60,472 bases of DNA from an uncultured Brevinema sp. (GTDB lineage: Bacteria; Spirochaetota; Brevinematia; Brevinematales; Brevinemataceae), in assembly GCA_947036575.1 (NCBI GenBank), contig CAMQSH010000001.1, forward strand, positions 1 to 60,472, in the 5' to 3' direction. Below, piece after piece: positions 9,291-19,545 of this stretch; position 1 is the first letter of the stretch, and each line of letters opens with the position of its first letter. The notes beneath the pieces were generated by a model. That model was not told where the DNA came from. It did not search any database and worked only from the letters and a program-made list of their open reading frames with translations. A program made the position numbers and the translations under genes.

Positions 9291-10118
9291 TTAAACAACT
9301 GTAAAAATACCAAAATAACTAGTAATTAATGAGAAAAAGATAATTCCCCAAATAAGCACTTGGATACTAACTTTTTTACGTACTAAATGAAGAAGTATCA
9401 TCAATGTTATTACTGATAAAATACCAGGCATAAATTTATCTAATACATCTACTTGTAAATTAAACATTTTAGTTTCAGATAATTGAAATTCAATAGCAAA
9501 TTTAAATCTAATAAATGCTGCTGTTAAACCACCAATACTGATTAAACCAATATAAGAAATAATTCTATTTAATTTAGTCATTTGATCTTGTAGGGTATCT
9601 AAAGCTTCAGAACCTCTTGCATAGAGATCTTTCATCCCAAACCAATTGATTAAACGTAATACATTAATAATAGGAAATAAGACTGCTAAAAAGAATGCCA
9701 TATAAATGACAGGTGCGTTATCTGCACTAGCAACTAGTCCACCACTAATAGCTAAACTACCTACGATTCCTCTAGTTACCGCTCTCCAGTTTACAGAGAT
9801 AGAATCTCCAATAGCAGAAAATGGTCCCATAAGAGCTATTTTCATTGCACGAATTGCATCTGGACTTTCTTTGTGTTCTTCCATTGCAAGAACAATTCCT
9901 ATCAATCCTAAGGAAACATAAGGGTGTGTATTCAAAAATTCTGTATGTCTTCTACATGCAGCTACATAATCTTCTTCTTTTTTGTGAATTTTTCTTAATG
10001 CAGGTTGTATAGCCCATAAAAATCCTAATCCTTGCATACGAGCATAGGAAAAACAATGCTGTATATAAAAACTTCTAAAAAATAATTGTCTAATATCTTT
10101 TTTATCTAATATTGCCAT
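9291..10118 (-). CDS. PTS mannose/sorbose/GalNAc family EIID
   Basis: 275-aa membrane protein with a typical IID N-terminus (FFRSFYIQ..SYARMQGLGF). Confidence 0.85.
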   Translation of the reverse strand: MAILDKKDIRQLFFRSFYIQHCFSYARMQGLGFLWAIQPALRKIHKKEEDYVAACRRHTEFLNTHPYVSLGLIGIVLAMEEHKESPDAIRAMKIALMGPFSAIGDSISVNWRAVTRGIVGSLAISGGLVASADNAPVIYMAFFLAVLFPIINVLRLINWFGMKDLYARGSEALDTLQDQMTKLNRIISYIGLISIGGLTAAFIRFKFAIEFQLSETKMFNLQVDVLDKFMPGILSVITLMILLHLVRKKVSIQVLIWGIIFFSLITSYFGIFTVV

Positions 10119-10127
10119 GATCCTCTC

Positions 10128-10919
10128 CTATATACCATCATTTTCATTAGAAGATGTTAATTGTAAATTTTTGACATCTTCTAATAGATCTTCACCCGCT
10201 CTATATTGTAATAAAGCAATAGAAATAGCAAGTAAAGAAATTCCTAAAGGTGGTACTTTCAAATAAATTGCTATTAAAAACCCTAAGAAATAATATACAG
10301 AATTTTTTGGTGTAAAGAAATAACTTAAAATAATAGCGAAACCAACAGCTGGTAAGATACGTCCAGAGAGTTTGAATCCTTCTAAAATCCATACTGGCAT
10401 ATTAGTAATAAATGCTTCTATATAATTTGCTCCTACAGAAATAGCAACAACTACAATAATAGCATGATATAAACCATGTATACATGTTCCTACAAGAATT
10501 GATTTTGTTGCTTTTTCTATTTCTCCATTCTCAATAAGTGCCTCGATTCTTGGAACTCTTGTTGAGTTTATTGCAAACCAAAAAGTAACAGCAGCTTGTG
10601 TTAATAATGCTGCTGGAAAGGCAATAGCTAAAGTATATTCAGGAGACTGTCCTGATGAAATTGCTAATGCTATTCCTATAGCAGATCCTATCATTCTATT
10701 TGGAGGTTGTGCTCCACCTATGGATTTCATTCCTAAGAATATTAATTCAAAAAAACCACCATAAACTATCCCTTCTAAAGGTTGTCCTAAAATAAGTCCT
10801 ACAAAAAAACCTATTTGCATAGGGTATTGCATACCCCAAAAGCCTACTAAATCATCAACAGAACTAATAAATACTACTATTCCTATTAATAAAGCTTGTA
10901 TAATTGATATTTCTCCCAT
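10128..10919 (-). CDS. PTS mannose family EIIC
   Basis: 263-aa polytopic membrane protein between IIB and IID. Confidence 0.85.
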   Translation of the reverse strand: MGEISIIQALLIGIVVFISSVDDLVGFWGMQYPMQIGFFVGLILGQPLEGIVYGGFFELIFLGMKSIGGAQPPNRMIGSAIGIALAISSGQSPEYTLAIAFPAALLTQAAVTFWFAINSTRVPRIEALIENGEIEKATKSILVGTCIHGLYHAIIVVVAISVGANYIEAFITNMPVWILEGFKLSGRILPAVGFAIILSYFFTPKNSVYYFLGFLIAIYLKVPPLGISLLAISIALLQYRAGEDLLEDVKNLQLTSSNENDGI

Positions 10920-10928
10920 TTTTAACTC

Positions 10929-11423
10929 CTAAAATGTTAATTTTTCTATAAAAGGTATTAAATTATCTTTTGCTGTTGTTGGAATCATTTGAGCATCTAT
11001 CTTTACATTTTTGCTTACAAGATATTTGAAAGCATCTAGCTCTACTTGATCCACATAAATAGCATGCTGTTCAATCAAAAGTTTTTTTCCATCGCCTTCA
11101 TGCATATTTGCTACAATAATACTCTCAATCTCTATTCCACCCTCAACTAATTTAGCCAACGCTATGGGTGTTCTTGATAATAATAAAATATGTTGCTCAG
11201 GTTTTGCTTTATTGATAACTTCTATTGTTTTGTCAACTGAGAAAAATCTCACAGCAACCCCTGGAGGGGTACTCATTTTTAATAAATTTTGTTGCATTGT
11301 ATCTGTTGCAACAACATCATCTACAACGACAATGATGTTTGCTTTTACTGTTCCTGTCCAAGTAATAGCTACTTGACCATGTATTAAACGATTATCAATA
11401 CGAACTAAACGAATATCTGGCAT
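10929..11423 (-). CDS. PTS mannose family EIIB
   Basis: N-terminal IRLVRIDNRLIHGQV phosphorylation motif. 164 aa. Confidence 0.85.
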   Translation of the reverse strand: MPDIRLVRIDNRLIHGQVAITWTGTVKANIIVVVDDVVATDTMQQNLLKMSTPPGVAVRFFSVDKTIEVINKAKPEQHILLLSRTPIALAKLVEGGIEIESIIVANMHEGDGKKLLIEQHAIYVDQVELDAFKYLVSKNVKIDAQMIPTTAKDNLIPFIEKLTF

Positions 11424-11432
11424 TTTTATCTC

Positions 11433-11538
11433 CTAAGGACACGAAGTCCGAAATGCAGTTATATACAGGGATGTATATTAATAACGGCTAAGGACACGAA
11501 GTCCAAAATACAGTTATATACATCCCTACATATAACTG
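11433..11538 (-). repeat. 55-nt-period direct repeat with mutually exclusive hairpins in the kduI-EIIB intergenic region
   Basis: CTAAGGACACGAAGTCC(G/A)AAAT(G/A)CAGTTATATACA occurs at 11433-11467 and 11488-11522. One 12-bp stem pairs 11467-78 with 11516-27. A competing 9-bp stem pairs 11511-19 with 11530-38. Confidence 0.6.
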
Positions 11539-11577
11539 TAAGCTTATCAGTAGGCATCATGTTTTGTATGGCATTAC

Positions 11578-12408
11578 CTATTTTAAATCGTCCATAGAAA
11601 TCATATCCATGTCTCCATAGTTTTGGTTATCACCCAACATCGCCCAAATAAAGGTATAATTACTTGTTCCTACACCTGAATGTATAGACCAAGGAGGAGA
11701 AATCACAGATTGTTCATTAGAAACAACAAGATGTCTTGTTTCAGAGGCCTGTCCCATAAAATGCATTACTCTTGAATCTTTATCCATATCAAAATATAAA
11801 TACACTTCCGAACGACGATCATGAGTATGACAAGGCATAGTGTTCCACATATTATTAGGTTCTAGTACTGTCATTCCTAATAGTAACTGACAAGATTGGC
11901 AAACACTAGGATCAATAAATTTGTAGATAGTACGTTTATTAGAATTTACATTATCACCTAAATGGGTAGGATTTGCTGTTTCAATATTGATTTTTACAAT
12001 AGGATATTCTTTGTGTGCAGGTCCAGAAATCACATAAAATTTTGCAGGTTTAGAAGAATCTTCAGATTTGAATTTTAGGTCTTTAATCCCTTTACCTAAG
12101 TAAATACCATCTTTATTTGCCATTGGGTATTCAACACCATCACAGGTAATAACGCCCTTACCACCAATATTAATAATACCAGCCTCTCTTCTTTCTAAGA
12201 AATAATCAGAACCAATTTCTTTATTTAAAATTAATTCTAATTCCTTAGTTACAGGTTGGATTCCTCCAATAATAAATCTATCATCTTGTGCATATGATAG
12301 TATTGTTTTATCTGATTGAAACAATGTTTCAATCAGAAAATTCTCCCTTAATTGGTTAGTATCCATTCCTTTTGCATGATTAGGGTGAACAGAATAAAAT
12401 TGTTTCAT
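11578..12408 (-). CDS. kduI: 5-dehydro-4-deoxy-D-glucuronate isomerase
   Basis: 276 aa, collinear with E. coli KduI (NLWNTMPCHTHERR ... SIHSGVGT..YTFIW). Confidence 0.92.
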   Translation of the reverse strand: MKQFYSVHPNHAKGMDTNQLRENFLIETLFQSDKTILSYAQDDRFIIGGIQPVTKELELILNKEIGSDYFLERREAGIINIGGKGVITCDGVEYPMANKDGIYLGKGIKDLKFKSEDSSKPAKFYVISGPAHKEYPIVKINIETANPTHLGDNVNSNKRTIYKFIDPSVCQSCQLLLGMTVLEPNNMWNTMPCHTHDRRSEVYLYFDMDKDSRVMHFMGQASETRHLVVSNEQSVISPPWSIHSGVGTSNYTFIWAMLGDNQNYGDMDMISMDDLK

Positions 12409-12429
12409 TGAAACCTCCGTATATTTTAA

Positions 12430-12455
12430 GTCATTTCACACTTAAGTGAAATGAC
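12430..12455. promoter_or_regulatory. inverted repeat GTCATTTCAC-N6-GTGAAATGAC (putative KdgR/IclR operator)
   Basis: 10-bp perfect arms between the kduI RBS and the divergent IclR gene. Confidence 0.5.
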
Positions 12456-12771
12456 ATTCTATTTATATTATAAAGGAATATTAATAAAAATCAACATTTT
12501 AAACTTTATTTTTATTAATATTTTTATTTTATTATTGTGTAAACAATTATATTTATACAAACACTCTAAATAAATAAAACATTATTCCACTAACCTTTTA
12601 TAACACCTGAAATCACAAAAATATACAACTATATATCATTAATTTACAAGTTATAATGAAATGTTATTCTACATGAATATTATAAATCAACATATTAAAA
12701 AAAAACCATTGATTTTAACAAAAAACAATGTTATAATTGAAGTAAATTATAACTCATTGGAGCTTTTTTTT

Positions 12772-13545
12772 ATGAACGAATCATCAAATAGTATTCTTTT
12801 ATTAGATCAATTTTTTCAAATTTTCCAATTAATGTCACAAAAAGAATTGGTAACAATAACAGAATTAAGCAAAGAGACTAAGATTCCACCCTCAAAAGTA
12901 TATAGAATTTTATCAACACTTGTTGAATTAGAATATGCTTTTAAAAATACCTATGATTGTTATGGCTTAACATTAAAAATCATGAATATTTCTAACAATG
13001 TCTTGCAACACTATGAGATTACTCAAAAAGCATATCCCTTTTTAAAAGAACTAGTAAACACAACAAAAGAAACTGTTCATTTAGCCCAGCAACATGACGA
13101 ACACGTTATCTATGTAGGAAAAGTAGATAGTCCTCATGCTTTAAGAATCCACTCCTATGTTGGTAAAGTTGCACCTTGTTATTGTACTTCTTTAGGGAAA
13201 GCTATTTTTGCTCATTTACCAGTAGAATATCTTCTCAAATTATTAGAAAAAGTTGAATGGGTTCAATATACAGACACCACCATAACTAATCCTCAAGACT
13301 ATATAAAAGAACTAGAGCTAGTAAAAACACAAGGCTATAGCGAAGACAGACGAGAACATGTAGATTTTATGCATTGCTATGGCGCTCCTATTTTTGATTA
13401 TACAGGAACTTGTATTGCCGCTATTAGTGTTTCTACTCCTGTCTATCGTTGGTCTGAAGAGAGAGTCCAAAATGAGATTCTTCCAGCATTATTAAAAGCA
13501 AGTCATCAGATCTCTTCTTTATTTGGATATGTTCAAAAACCCTAA
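12772..13545 (+). CDS. IclR-family transcriptional regulator (KdgR-like)
   Basis: IclR HTH plus effector domain. I prefer the ATG at 12772 (GGAG 10 nt upstream, 257 aa) over the listed 12661 start. Confidence 0.8.
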   Translation: MNESSNSILLLDQFFQIFQLMSQKELVTITELSKETKIPPSKVYRILSTLVELEYAFKNTYDCYGLTLKIMNISNNVLQHYEITQKAYPFLKELVNTTKETVHLAQQHDEHVIYVGKVDSPHALRIHSYVGKVAPCYCTSLGKAIFAHLPVEYLLKLLEKVEWVQYTDTTITNPQDYIKELELVKTQGYSEDRREHVDFMHCYGAPIFDYTGTCIAAISVSTPVYRWSEERVQNEILPALLKASHQISSLFGYVQKP

Positions 13546-13569
13546 TAAATAATAACTAAAGGAGTTTAC

Positions 13570-15444
13570 ATGTCTTTATTTTTAGATAATAACATCTCTA
13601 TGTATTCTTCCTTAGATTCTGAGAAAATAAAACTACTCCACGAAGCAGATCAATTACTAAAAAATCAAATTTCTTTTACTCATGAATGGGATATGGAACG
13701 TTGTGATCAACAATTTCTTTTTGAAGGAAATTGGGAAATGGATCCTATCAATGATCCAGAATGGACATGGATGCTTAATCGTTGTCGTTTTATAGAACAG
13801 CTGGGGTTAGCATATTATATCACCCGCAATATAGATTACGCTCATCATGCACAAAATCTCATCACCCAATGGATAACTCAAAATCATATCTCACCAAAAC
13901 ATACAAAAACTGTTTGGCGTAGAATTGATACAGGGATTCGTATTGTCCATTGGATAAAAGCCTTAGAATATATGCAAGATGTTTGCTCTCCAGAATTTAC
14001 AAAAATGGTAAAAGAATCTCTCCATGAACATGGGAAATTTTTAGTTGAAGGATTAAGTAATACATCTTACACTAGTAATTGGGGAGTTTTAGAGTTCCAC
14101 GGACTTTTTTGTTTAGCACTTACTTATGATTTTTCAGAATCACCAAAATGGTTAGAATTATCTCTTAAAGTTTTACAAACCACCTTAGAATGCCAAGTTT
14201 TAGCTGATGGAGTACAATGGGAACGCTCTCCCATGTATCATAATGAAGTATTAACGTGTTATTTACAAGTGATTTTTTTAGCACATAAACTTGATATTAC
14301 ACTAGTGAACTTTTTTAAAACCAAAGTAGAAAAAATGGTTTTTGCTAATCTTTATTGGCAAAAACCTAACGGTAATCAAGTGCTTTGGGGAGACAGTGAT
14401 GATACTAATCTTTGTCAACTTATTAGTGTTGCTGGAGCTATCTTAGGCAAAGGCGAATTCAAGCAAGTACCTCAATTAGATTTAGACTATCATTTTTATT
14501 TTAGCTCTCTGTATGAGCAAGTAAAAACTATTATACCTATGATAGGATCTCATTATTTACAAGCAGGTGGGCTATTAACATTAAAGGATGATGATTCTTC
14601 AGACTCAAGTTATCTATCCTTTATCACTAAAAATTTTGGTGGAGGGCATTCTCACAGTGATCTTTTACATATTAGCTACTATGCAAATAACAAAGATTAT
14701 TTGATTGATTGTGGACGCTTAACATATACAGAAACAGCAGATAGAAAATATCTTAAAAGCTCTCAAGGACATAATACGATCATTATTAATGATAAAGAAA
14801 ACACCTTATATAAAGACTCTTGGAGTACAAGTAAGGAAGCTCGTTTTGTCACAGGGACTTGGGAAACAAATCAACAATTCGATTGGGCATATTCGCATGA
14901 TCTTTCTTATCTAACCGATGGAGTTTTTCTCACAAGAAATATTATCCGTTTTGGTAAAGAGGGATTTTTATTATTAGATTTAATCCAATGTAATTCCAAA
15001 ACAAATTTCAAATTGAGCTTTAATACACCAAGATCTATCCATACAGATAACAAACAAATACATCTTGAAGATTTAATTTTACATACGAATTTAGATTATT
15101 CTATTTCAAAAGGAATTTGTTCTTATCACTACAATAGCAAACAATCTTGTAATAAAATCATTCAAGAAGCTACAATTTCTCAAAACACGATTATTGCTAA
15201 TTTTTTCACCTTCAAAAAACATGCTACTATTACTGAATTTAATATCATAGATAGAAAAAATCGAGAAGTCGCCTCCCATAAGGCTAAAGGATTTTCTATA
15301 ACAATAGGAGACGATAGCTATACTATTTTATATAAAATAGAACCTAGTGCTAAAAATTCTGGATTCTTTTTAGAATATAAGAGTAAATTTTATATGAACT
15401 CTCACATTTTATTAAAGAATGACATAGAAATTTTTAATTTTTAA
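13570..15444 (+). CDS. heparinase II/III-family protein (no signal peptide; putative cytoplasmic oligo-uronide lyase)
   Basis: 624 aa. N-terminal alginate-lyase-like helical region plus a C-terminal GGGHSHSDLLH motif typical of the Hepar_II_III family. Confidence 0.7.
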   Translation: MSLFLDNNISMYSSLDSEKIKLLHEADQLLKNQISFTHEWDMERCDQQFLFEGNWEMDPINDPEWTWMLNRCRFIEQLGLAYYITRNIDYAHHAQNLITQWITQNHISPKHTKTVWRRIDTGIRIVHWIKALEYMQDVCSPEFTKMVKESLHEHGKFLVEGLSNTSYTSNWGVLEFHGLFCLALTYDFSESPKWLELSLKVLQTTLECQVLADGVQWERSPMYHNEVLTCYLQVIFLAHKLDITLVNFFKTKVEKMVFANLYWQKPNGNQVLWGDSDDTNLCQLISVAGAILGKGEFKQVPQLDLDYHFYFSSLYEQVKTIIPMIGSHYLQAGGLLTLKDDDSSDSSYLSFITKNFGGGHSHSDLLHISYYANNKDYLIDCGRLTYTETADRKYLKSSQGHNTIIINDKENTLYKDSWSTSKEARFVTGTWETNQQFDWAYSHDLSYLTDGVFLTRNIIRFGKEGFLLLDLIQCNSKTNFKLSFNTPRSIHTDNKQIHLEDLILHTNLDYSISKGICSYHYNSKQSCNKIIQEATISQNTIIANFFTFKKHATITEFNIIDRKNREVASHKAKGFSITIGDDSYTILYKIEPSAKNSGFFLEYKSKFYMNSHILLKNDIEIFNF

Positions 15445-15515
15445 AGAATATTATATTATCAAAGCCCCCTCACCTTTTAATAAGATGAGGGGGCTTTGAT
15501 AATATAATATTCTTT
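15443..15515. terminator. bidirectional terminator, 30-bp perfect inverted repeat
   Basis: AAAGAATATTATATTATCAAAGCCCCCTCA (15443-15472) pairs with its exact reverse complement at 15486-15515. Lies between convergent genes. Confidence 0.8.
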
Positions 15516-15523
15516 AGGAGAAG

Positions 15524-16675
15524 TTACCATTCGGCAAAAGAACCATCTTGATGTCTCCAAATTGGATTTTTCCAATCATGTGATTTTAAAGATTGTTCTT
15601 CCATAAACTTTTCATTAATTTCAACACCTAAGCCTGGTTTTGTAGGAAATCCTAAAGACCCTTTATCAAAATCAAATATTTCTGGATTTGATAAATAATC
15701 TAATACATCATTACCTTTATTATAGTGAATCCCTATGCTTTGTTCTTGGATTACTGCATTATAAGCAATAGCATCAACTTGTAAACAAGATGATAAAGCT
15801 ATAGGACCAAGAGGGCAATGAGGAGCAAAAGCTACATCGTAGGCTTCTGCCATCGCTGCGATTTTTTTACATTCTGTAATTCCACCAGCATGAGAAAGAT
15901 CTGGTTGAATAATATCAACATACCCTTGCTGAAGAATATTTTTAAAATCCCATCTAGAGAATAGCCTTTCTCCTGTTGCTATAGGAATACTACAAGCCAT
16001 AGCAATATCCCTAAAAGATTCCCCATTTTCACATAATACAGGTTCTTCAATAAACATTGGATCAAATTCTTCTAATTTTTTAGCTAAAACTTTCGCCATA
16101 GGTTTGTGGACACGTCCATGAAAATCTATTGCTATTCCAAAATCTCTTCCACAAGCTTCTCTGATACTAGCAACTCTTTCCAATACAGCATCTATTTTAC
16201 TATAATTATCAATAAACTGTAGTTCTTCTGTTCCATTCATTTTAATAGCAGTAAAGCCAGATTTTTGTCTATCTTTTGCCATAGCTATCACTTCTGAAGG
16301 TCTATCTCCACCTATCCAAGAATATGCTCGAATAGAAGTACGACAAAGCCCACCTAACAGATTGTAAACAGAGGTATTTAATTTTTTACCTTTAATATCC
16401 CAGAGTGCTTGATCAATACCAGATAAGGCAGACATCAATACGCCACCCCCTCGATAAAAACCACCTCTATACATTATATTCCATAAATCTTCAATGTTTG
16501 AAGGATCTTGCCCTACAACATAAGAGTCCATCAATTCTTTAACTGCAGCTTTAACAGAGCTAGCTCTACCTTCTAGTACAGGCTCTCCCCATCCTACAAT
16601 ACCTTCATCTGTTTCAATTTTTAAAAATAACCATCTAGGAGGTACTTGATATAATTTGTAAGATATAACTTTCAT
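15524..16675 (-). CDS. dgoD: D-galactonate dehydratase (enolase superfamily)
   Basis: N-terminus [30 protein letters not shown] is near-identical to E. coli DgoD. 383 aa. Confidence 0.8.
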   Translation of the reverse strand: MKVISYKLYQVPPRWLFLKIETDEGIVGWGEPVLEGRASSVKAAVKELMDSYVVGQDPSNIEDLWNIMYRGGFYRGGGVLMSALSGIDQALWDIKGKKLNTSVYNLLGGLCRTSIRAYSWIGGDRPSEVIAMAKDRQKSGFTAIKMNGTEELQFIDNYSKIDAVLERVASIREACGRDFGIAIDFHGRVHKPMAKVLAKKLEEFDPMFIEEPVLCENGESFRDIAMACSIPIATGERLFSRWDFKNILQQGYVDIIQPDLSHAGGITECKKIAAMAEAYDVAFAPHCPLGPIALSSCLQVDAIAYNAVIQEQSIGIHYNKGNDVLDYLSNPEIFDFDKGSLGFPTKPGLGVEINEKFMEEQSLKSHDWKNPIWRHQDGSFAEW

Positions 16676-16692
16676 AAAATCCTCTTTTTTAT

Positions 16693-17982
16693 TTATTTAC
16701 CATAAATTAAATTTGGCAAGAACAATACTATTTCTGGGAATAAGATTAATAGCACTTGTGTTATTAACATTGCTAGTAAAAATGGCCAAATATGCCGAGA
16801 AATTTCTAGTAAAGATGTTTTAGTAATTGCTTGAGCTGTAAACAAATTAACTCCAACAGGTGGTGTTAAAAACCCCATTTGTCCTGCAAGTACAAACATA
16901 ATACCAAAATGGATAGGAGATACTCCCATTTCTATTAATATTGGTAAAAATATAGGAGTAAAGATTAGAATCATTGCTTCAATTACCATAAATGTCCCAC
17001 AAACAAGAGTTAATAATAAGAATATAAAGTAAACTGAGTATACTCCGCCTCCATAAGCTACTAAAACTTCCGCTATACTCTGAGGAATACGAGCTATAGT
17101 AAGATAACGAGAAAAACCTATAGCAAAGCCTAAAATAATAACAACCGTTGCTGTTATTATACCTGATTGAGCTAAAATCGGTAAAACTTCTTTTAATTTT
17201 ATTTCTTTATGAATAAAACAACCAACTATAATTGCGTATAGAACTGCTACAACCGCTGATTCCGTAGGGGTAAAGATTCCACTATAAATACCTCCTAAAA
17301 TAATAACAGGTGATAGTAGAGACCACTTTGCCTCCCATAAAGCTACCCACAATTCTTTTGTGGAGAGAGGTTCTGTTGCTGTGCTTTTGTACCCTTTATG
17401 ACGAGAAATAATATAGTTGGTAAGAATTAACATTCCCCCAGCTAAAATACCTGGAACAAAACCTGCTGTAAACATTTCTCCAACAGAAACTTCTGCTGCA
17501 ATTGCATAAATAATCATTGTAATAGACGGAGGAATAAGAACTCCCAATGATCCAGCACTAGCTGTTAAAGCTCCCGCATAGTTGATATCATACCCATCTT
17601 TTTTCATAGCCGGAATCATGATTGCACCTATTGCAGCAACAGTTGCTTGAGAAGATCCAGAAATGGCTGCAAAAAACATACAAGCAACAACAGTGATTAT
17701 TCCTAATCCTCCTGTAACACCACCTACCATATTAGAAGCCAAACGAATAAGGCGTGTAGATATTCCACCCTTTTCCATTAACAATCCTGCTGAAATAAAC
17801 ATAGGGATAGCTAAAAAAGTATAGGTATCTAAACCACTAAAGGCTGTTTGTGCAATTAGTGCTAAGGATACATCTTGTATTAATAAAATACCTACAACAG
17901 ATACCCCTATAGAAAATGCTATAGGTACACCTATAAAGATAGATACAATAAAGATTCCCATCATTATTAAAAAAGTATCCAT
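16693..17982 (-). CDS. TRAP transporter large permease (DctM family)
   Basis: 429-aa polytopic protein adjacent to the Q and P subunits. Confidence 0.85.
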   Translation of the reverse strand: MDTFLIMMGIFIVSIFIGVPIAFSIGVSVVGILLIQDVSLALIAQTAFSGLDTYTFLAIPMFISAGLLMEKGGISTRLIRLASNMVGGVTGGLGIITVVACMFFAAISGSSQATVAAIGAIMIPAMKKDGYDINYAGALTASAGSLGVLIPPSITMIIYAIAAEVSVGEMFTAGFVPGILAGGMLILTNYIISRHKGYKSTATEPLSTKELWVALWEAKWSLLSPVIILGGIYSGIFTPTESAVVAVLYAIIVGCFIHKEIKLKEVLPILAQSGIITATVVIILGFAIGFSRYLTIARIPQSIAEVLVAYGGGVYSVYFIFLLLTLVCGTFMVIEAMILIFTPIFLPILIEMGVSPIHFGIMFVLAGQMGFLTPPVGVNLFTAQAITKTSLLEISRHIWPFLLAMLITQVLLILFPEIVLFLPNLIYGK

Positions 17983-18456
17983 TTATTCCTCTCCTTTCAT
18001 TTCTATGATTCCATATCTGTTTAATATAACTTGTAGTATTCTAATTATAGTAACAACAAACATTATAGGAATAATAGAGTACACTATAAACATTGGTATA
18101 TTTAAAGCCGGTGAAGTTTGATTTACAGAGTATGCATTTTTCACTATATCTAAACTTGCATATCCTATCATACATAATAGTACTATCACTACAATATTAC
18201 AAAATGTATTGATATGTTTTAATATGTGAGGAGGACAAATAAGATCAATTATTTCAACACGTACATGCTTGTTGTATTTGAACCCTAAGCTCATACCGAC
18301 ATATATCATTAAAATAAATAAATATCTGCAAATTTCTTCTGTCCAAGATAGTGAAAAATTAAGTAAAAATCTTGACATAATTTGTAGGGAAGAAAAGACT
18401 ATTAATAAGACCATACAGCAAGTAACAATATAGTATTCTGGTTCTTTTGTTTTCAT
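17983..18456 (-). CDS. TRAP transporter small permease (DctQ family)
   Basis: 157 aa with 4 TM segments. Abuts the DctM start. Confidence 0.8.
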   Translation of the reverse strand: MKTKEPEYYIVTCCMVLLIVFSSLQIMSRFLLNFSLSWTEEICRYLFILMIYVGMSLGFKYNKHVRVEIIDLICPPHILKHINTFCNIVVIVLLCMIGYASLDIVKNAYSVNQTSPALNIPMFIVYSIIPIMFVVTIIRILQVILNRYGIIEMKGEE

Positions 18457-18473
18457 AACTTTACCTTCAATTT

Positions 18474-19460
18474 TTATTTGTATTCAGCTATCTCTTTTTT
18501 CAAGTTATTGTAAAGTTCTGAATTAATTTGATTACCAAATTTATCTGCGACTTTTTGAGAACCATTTTTAAGATCTGATAAAAATTCTTGACTAGGTTTT
18601 ATGAATACGATCCCGTCTTTTTCCATAGCAATTTGAGCCACATTATCATCTTCTATAAGTGATACACTCATATCAGCAATAGCTATATTTGCAGCTTCCT
18701 GAACAATTTGTTGTTCTTCAACTGTCAGTGAATCATAGAATTTTTTACCTACAACTAATGTTACCCAATCAAATACATGCCCATCTAATGTTATAGAATC
18801 CAAAGCTTCGTGTAAGCGTTGTGAATATATATTACCAAGAGGGTTTTCTTGACCATCAATAACGCCTTGTTGTAATGCTGTAAACATTTCACTAAAAGGC
18901 ATAGGAGTTGGATTTGCTCCTAGAGCTTTAAAAACTTCTAAATGCATATTGTTTTGTAAAGTTCTTAGTTTAAATCCTTTTAAAGATGCTAAAGAGTCAA
19001 TAGGTGTTTTTGCAGAACTTAAATGTCTAAAACCAAACGGTGCAAAACCTAAATTAACATAACCATTTTTTTCGAAATAAGGATCTAATTTTGCTCCCCA
19101 TGGACCATTCACAATATCCATAGCCATTTTTTGGGAAGAGAATAAAAAAGGAATCGCAAGCAGGTTTACTTCGGGGATTAGATTTGCTAAAACTGCAGGA
19201 GATGGTAGGTTCATTTGAGCAACATCAATTTTGATTTGTTCTAAAACTTCTAAATCAACACCTATAGAATTTCCACCGTGCAATTCTACAGTAATAGAAC
19301 CTTCTGTTTTTTCCTCTATATATTTTTTAAAATCTACCAAAGCTCTTTGTTCAAAATGTCCATCTGGAACACCGAATCCTACAACCATTTTTTTTGTTTT
19401 GGTCTCTTGTTGTCCACAAGCTGCTAATAAAACTACTAACCCCAATATTATTTTTTTCAT
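18474..19460 (-). CDS. TRAP transporter solute-binding lipoprotein (DctP family)
   Basis: DctP-like sequence. I prefer the start MKKIILGLVVLLAACG at 19460 (GGAGG upstream). Confidence 0.8.
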   Translation of the reverse strand: MKKIILGLVVLLAACGQQETKTKKMVVGFGVPDGHFEQRALVDFKKYIEEKTEGSITVELHGGNSIGVDLEVLEQIKIDVAQMNLPSPAVLANLIPEVNLLAIPFLFSSQKMAMDIVNGPWGAKLDPYFEKNGYVNLGFAPFGFRHLSSAKTPIDSLASLKGFKLRTLQNNMHLEVFKALGANPTPMPFSEMFTALQQGVIDGQENPLGNIYSQRLHEALDSITLDGHVFDWVTLVVGKKFYDSLTVEEQQIVQEAANIAIADMSVSLIEDDNVAQIAMEKDGIVFIKPSQEFLSDLKNGSQKVADKFGNQINSELYNNLKKEIAEYK

Positions 19461-19545
19461 AATAACCTCCAATTCAGTTATCTTATGATATTTTACATCT
19501 TCAAATATTATCATAATATTTTTATATGCTTTTTATTTAATTATT

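Noticed and set aside
11433-11538. A CRISPR array or type III toxin-antitoxin RNA repeats.
   Set aside because: There are only two repeat copies, inside an operon spacer, with no cas or toxin gene. No other array-like periodic repeats were seen anywhere in the window.
12661-12771. N-terminal extension of the IclR ORF (MLFYMNIINQH...).
   Set aside because: The extension would add 37 residues not found in IclR proteins. An ATG at 12772 with a GGAG RBS gives a canonical 257-aa protein.
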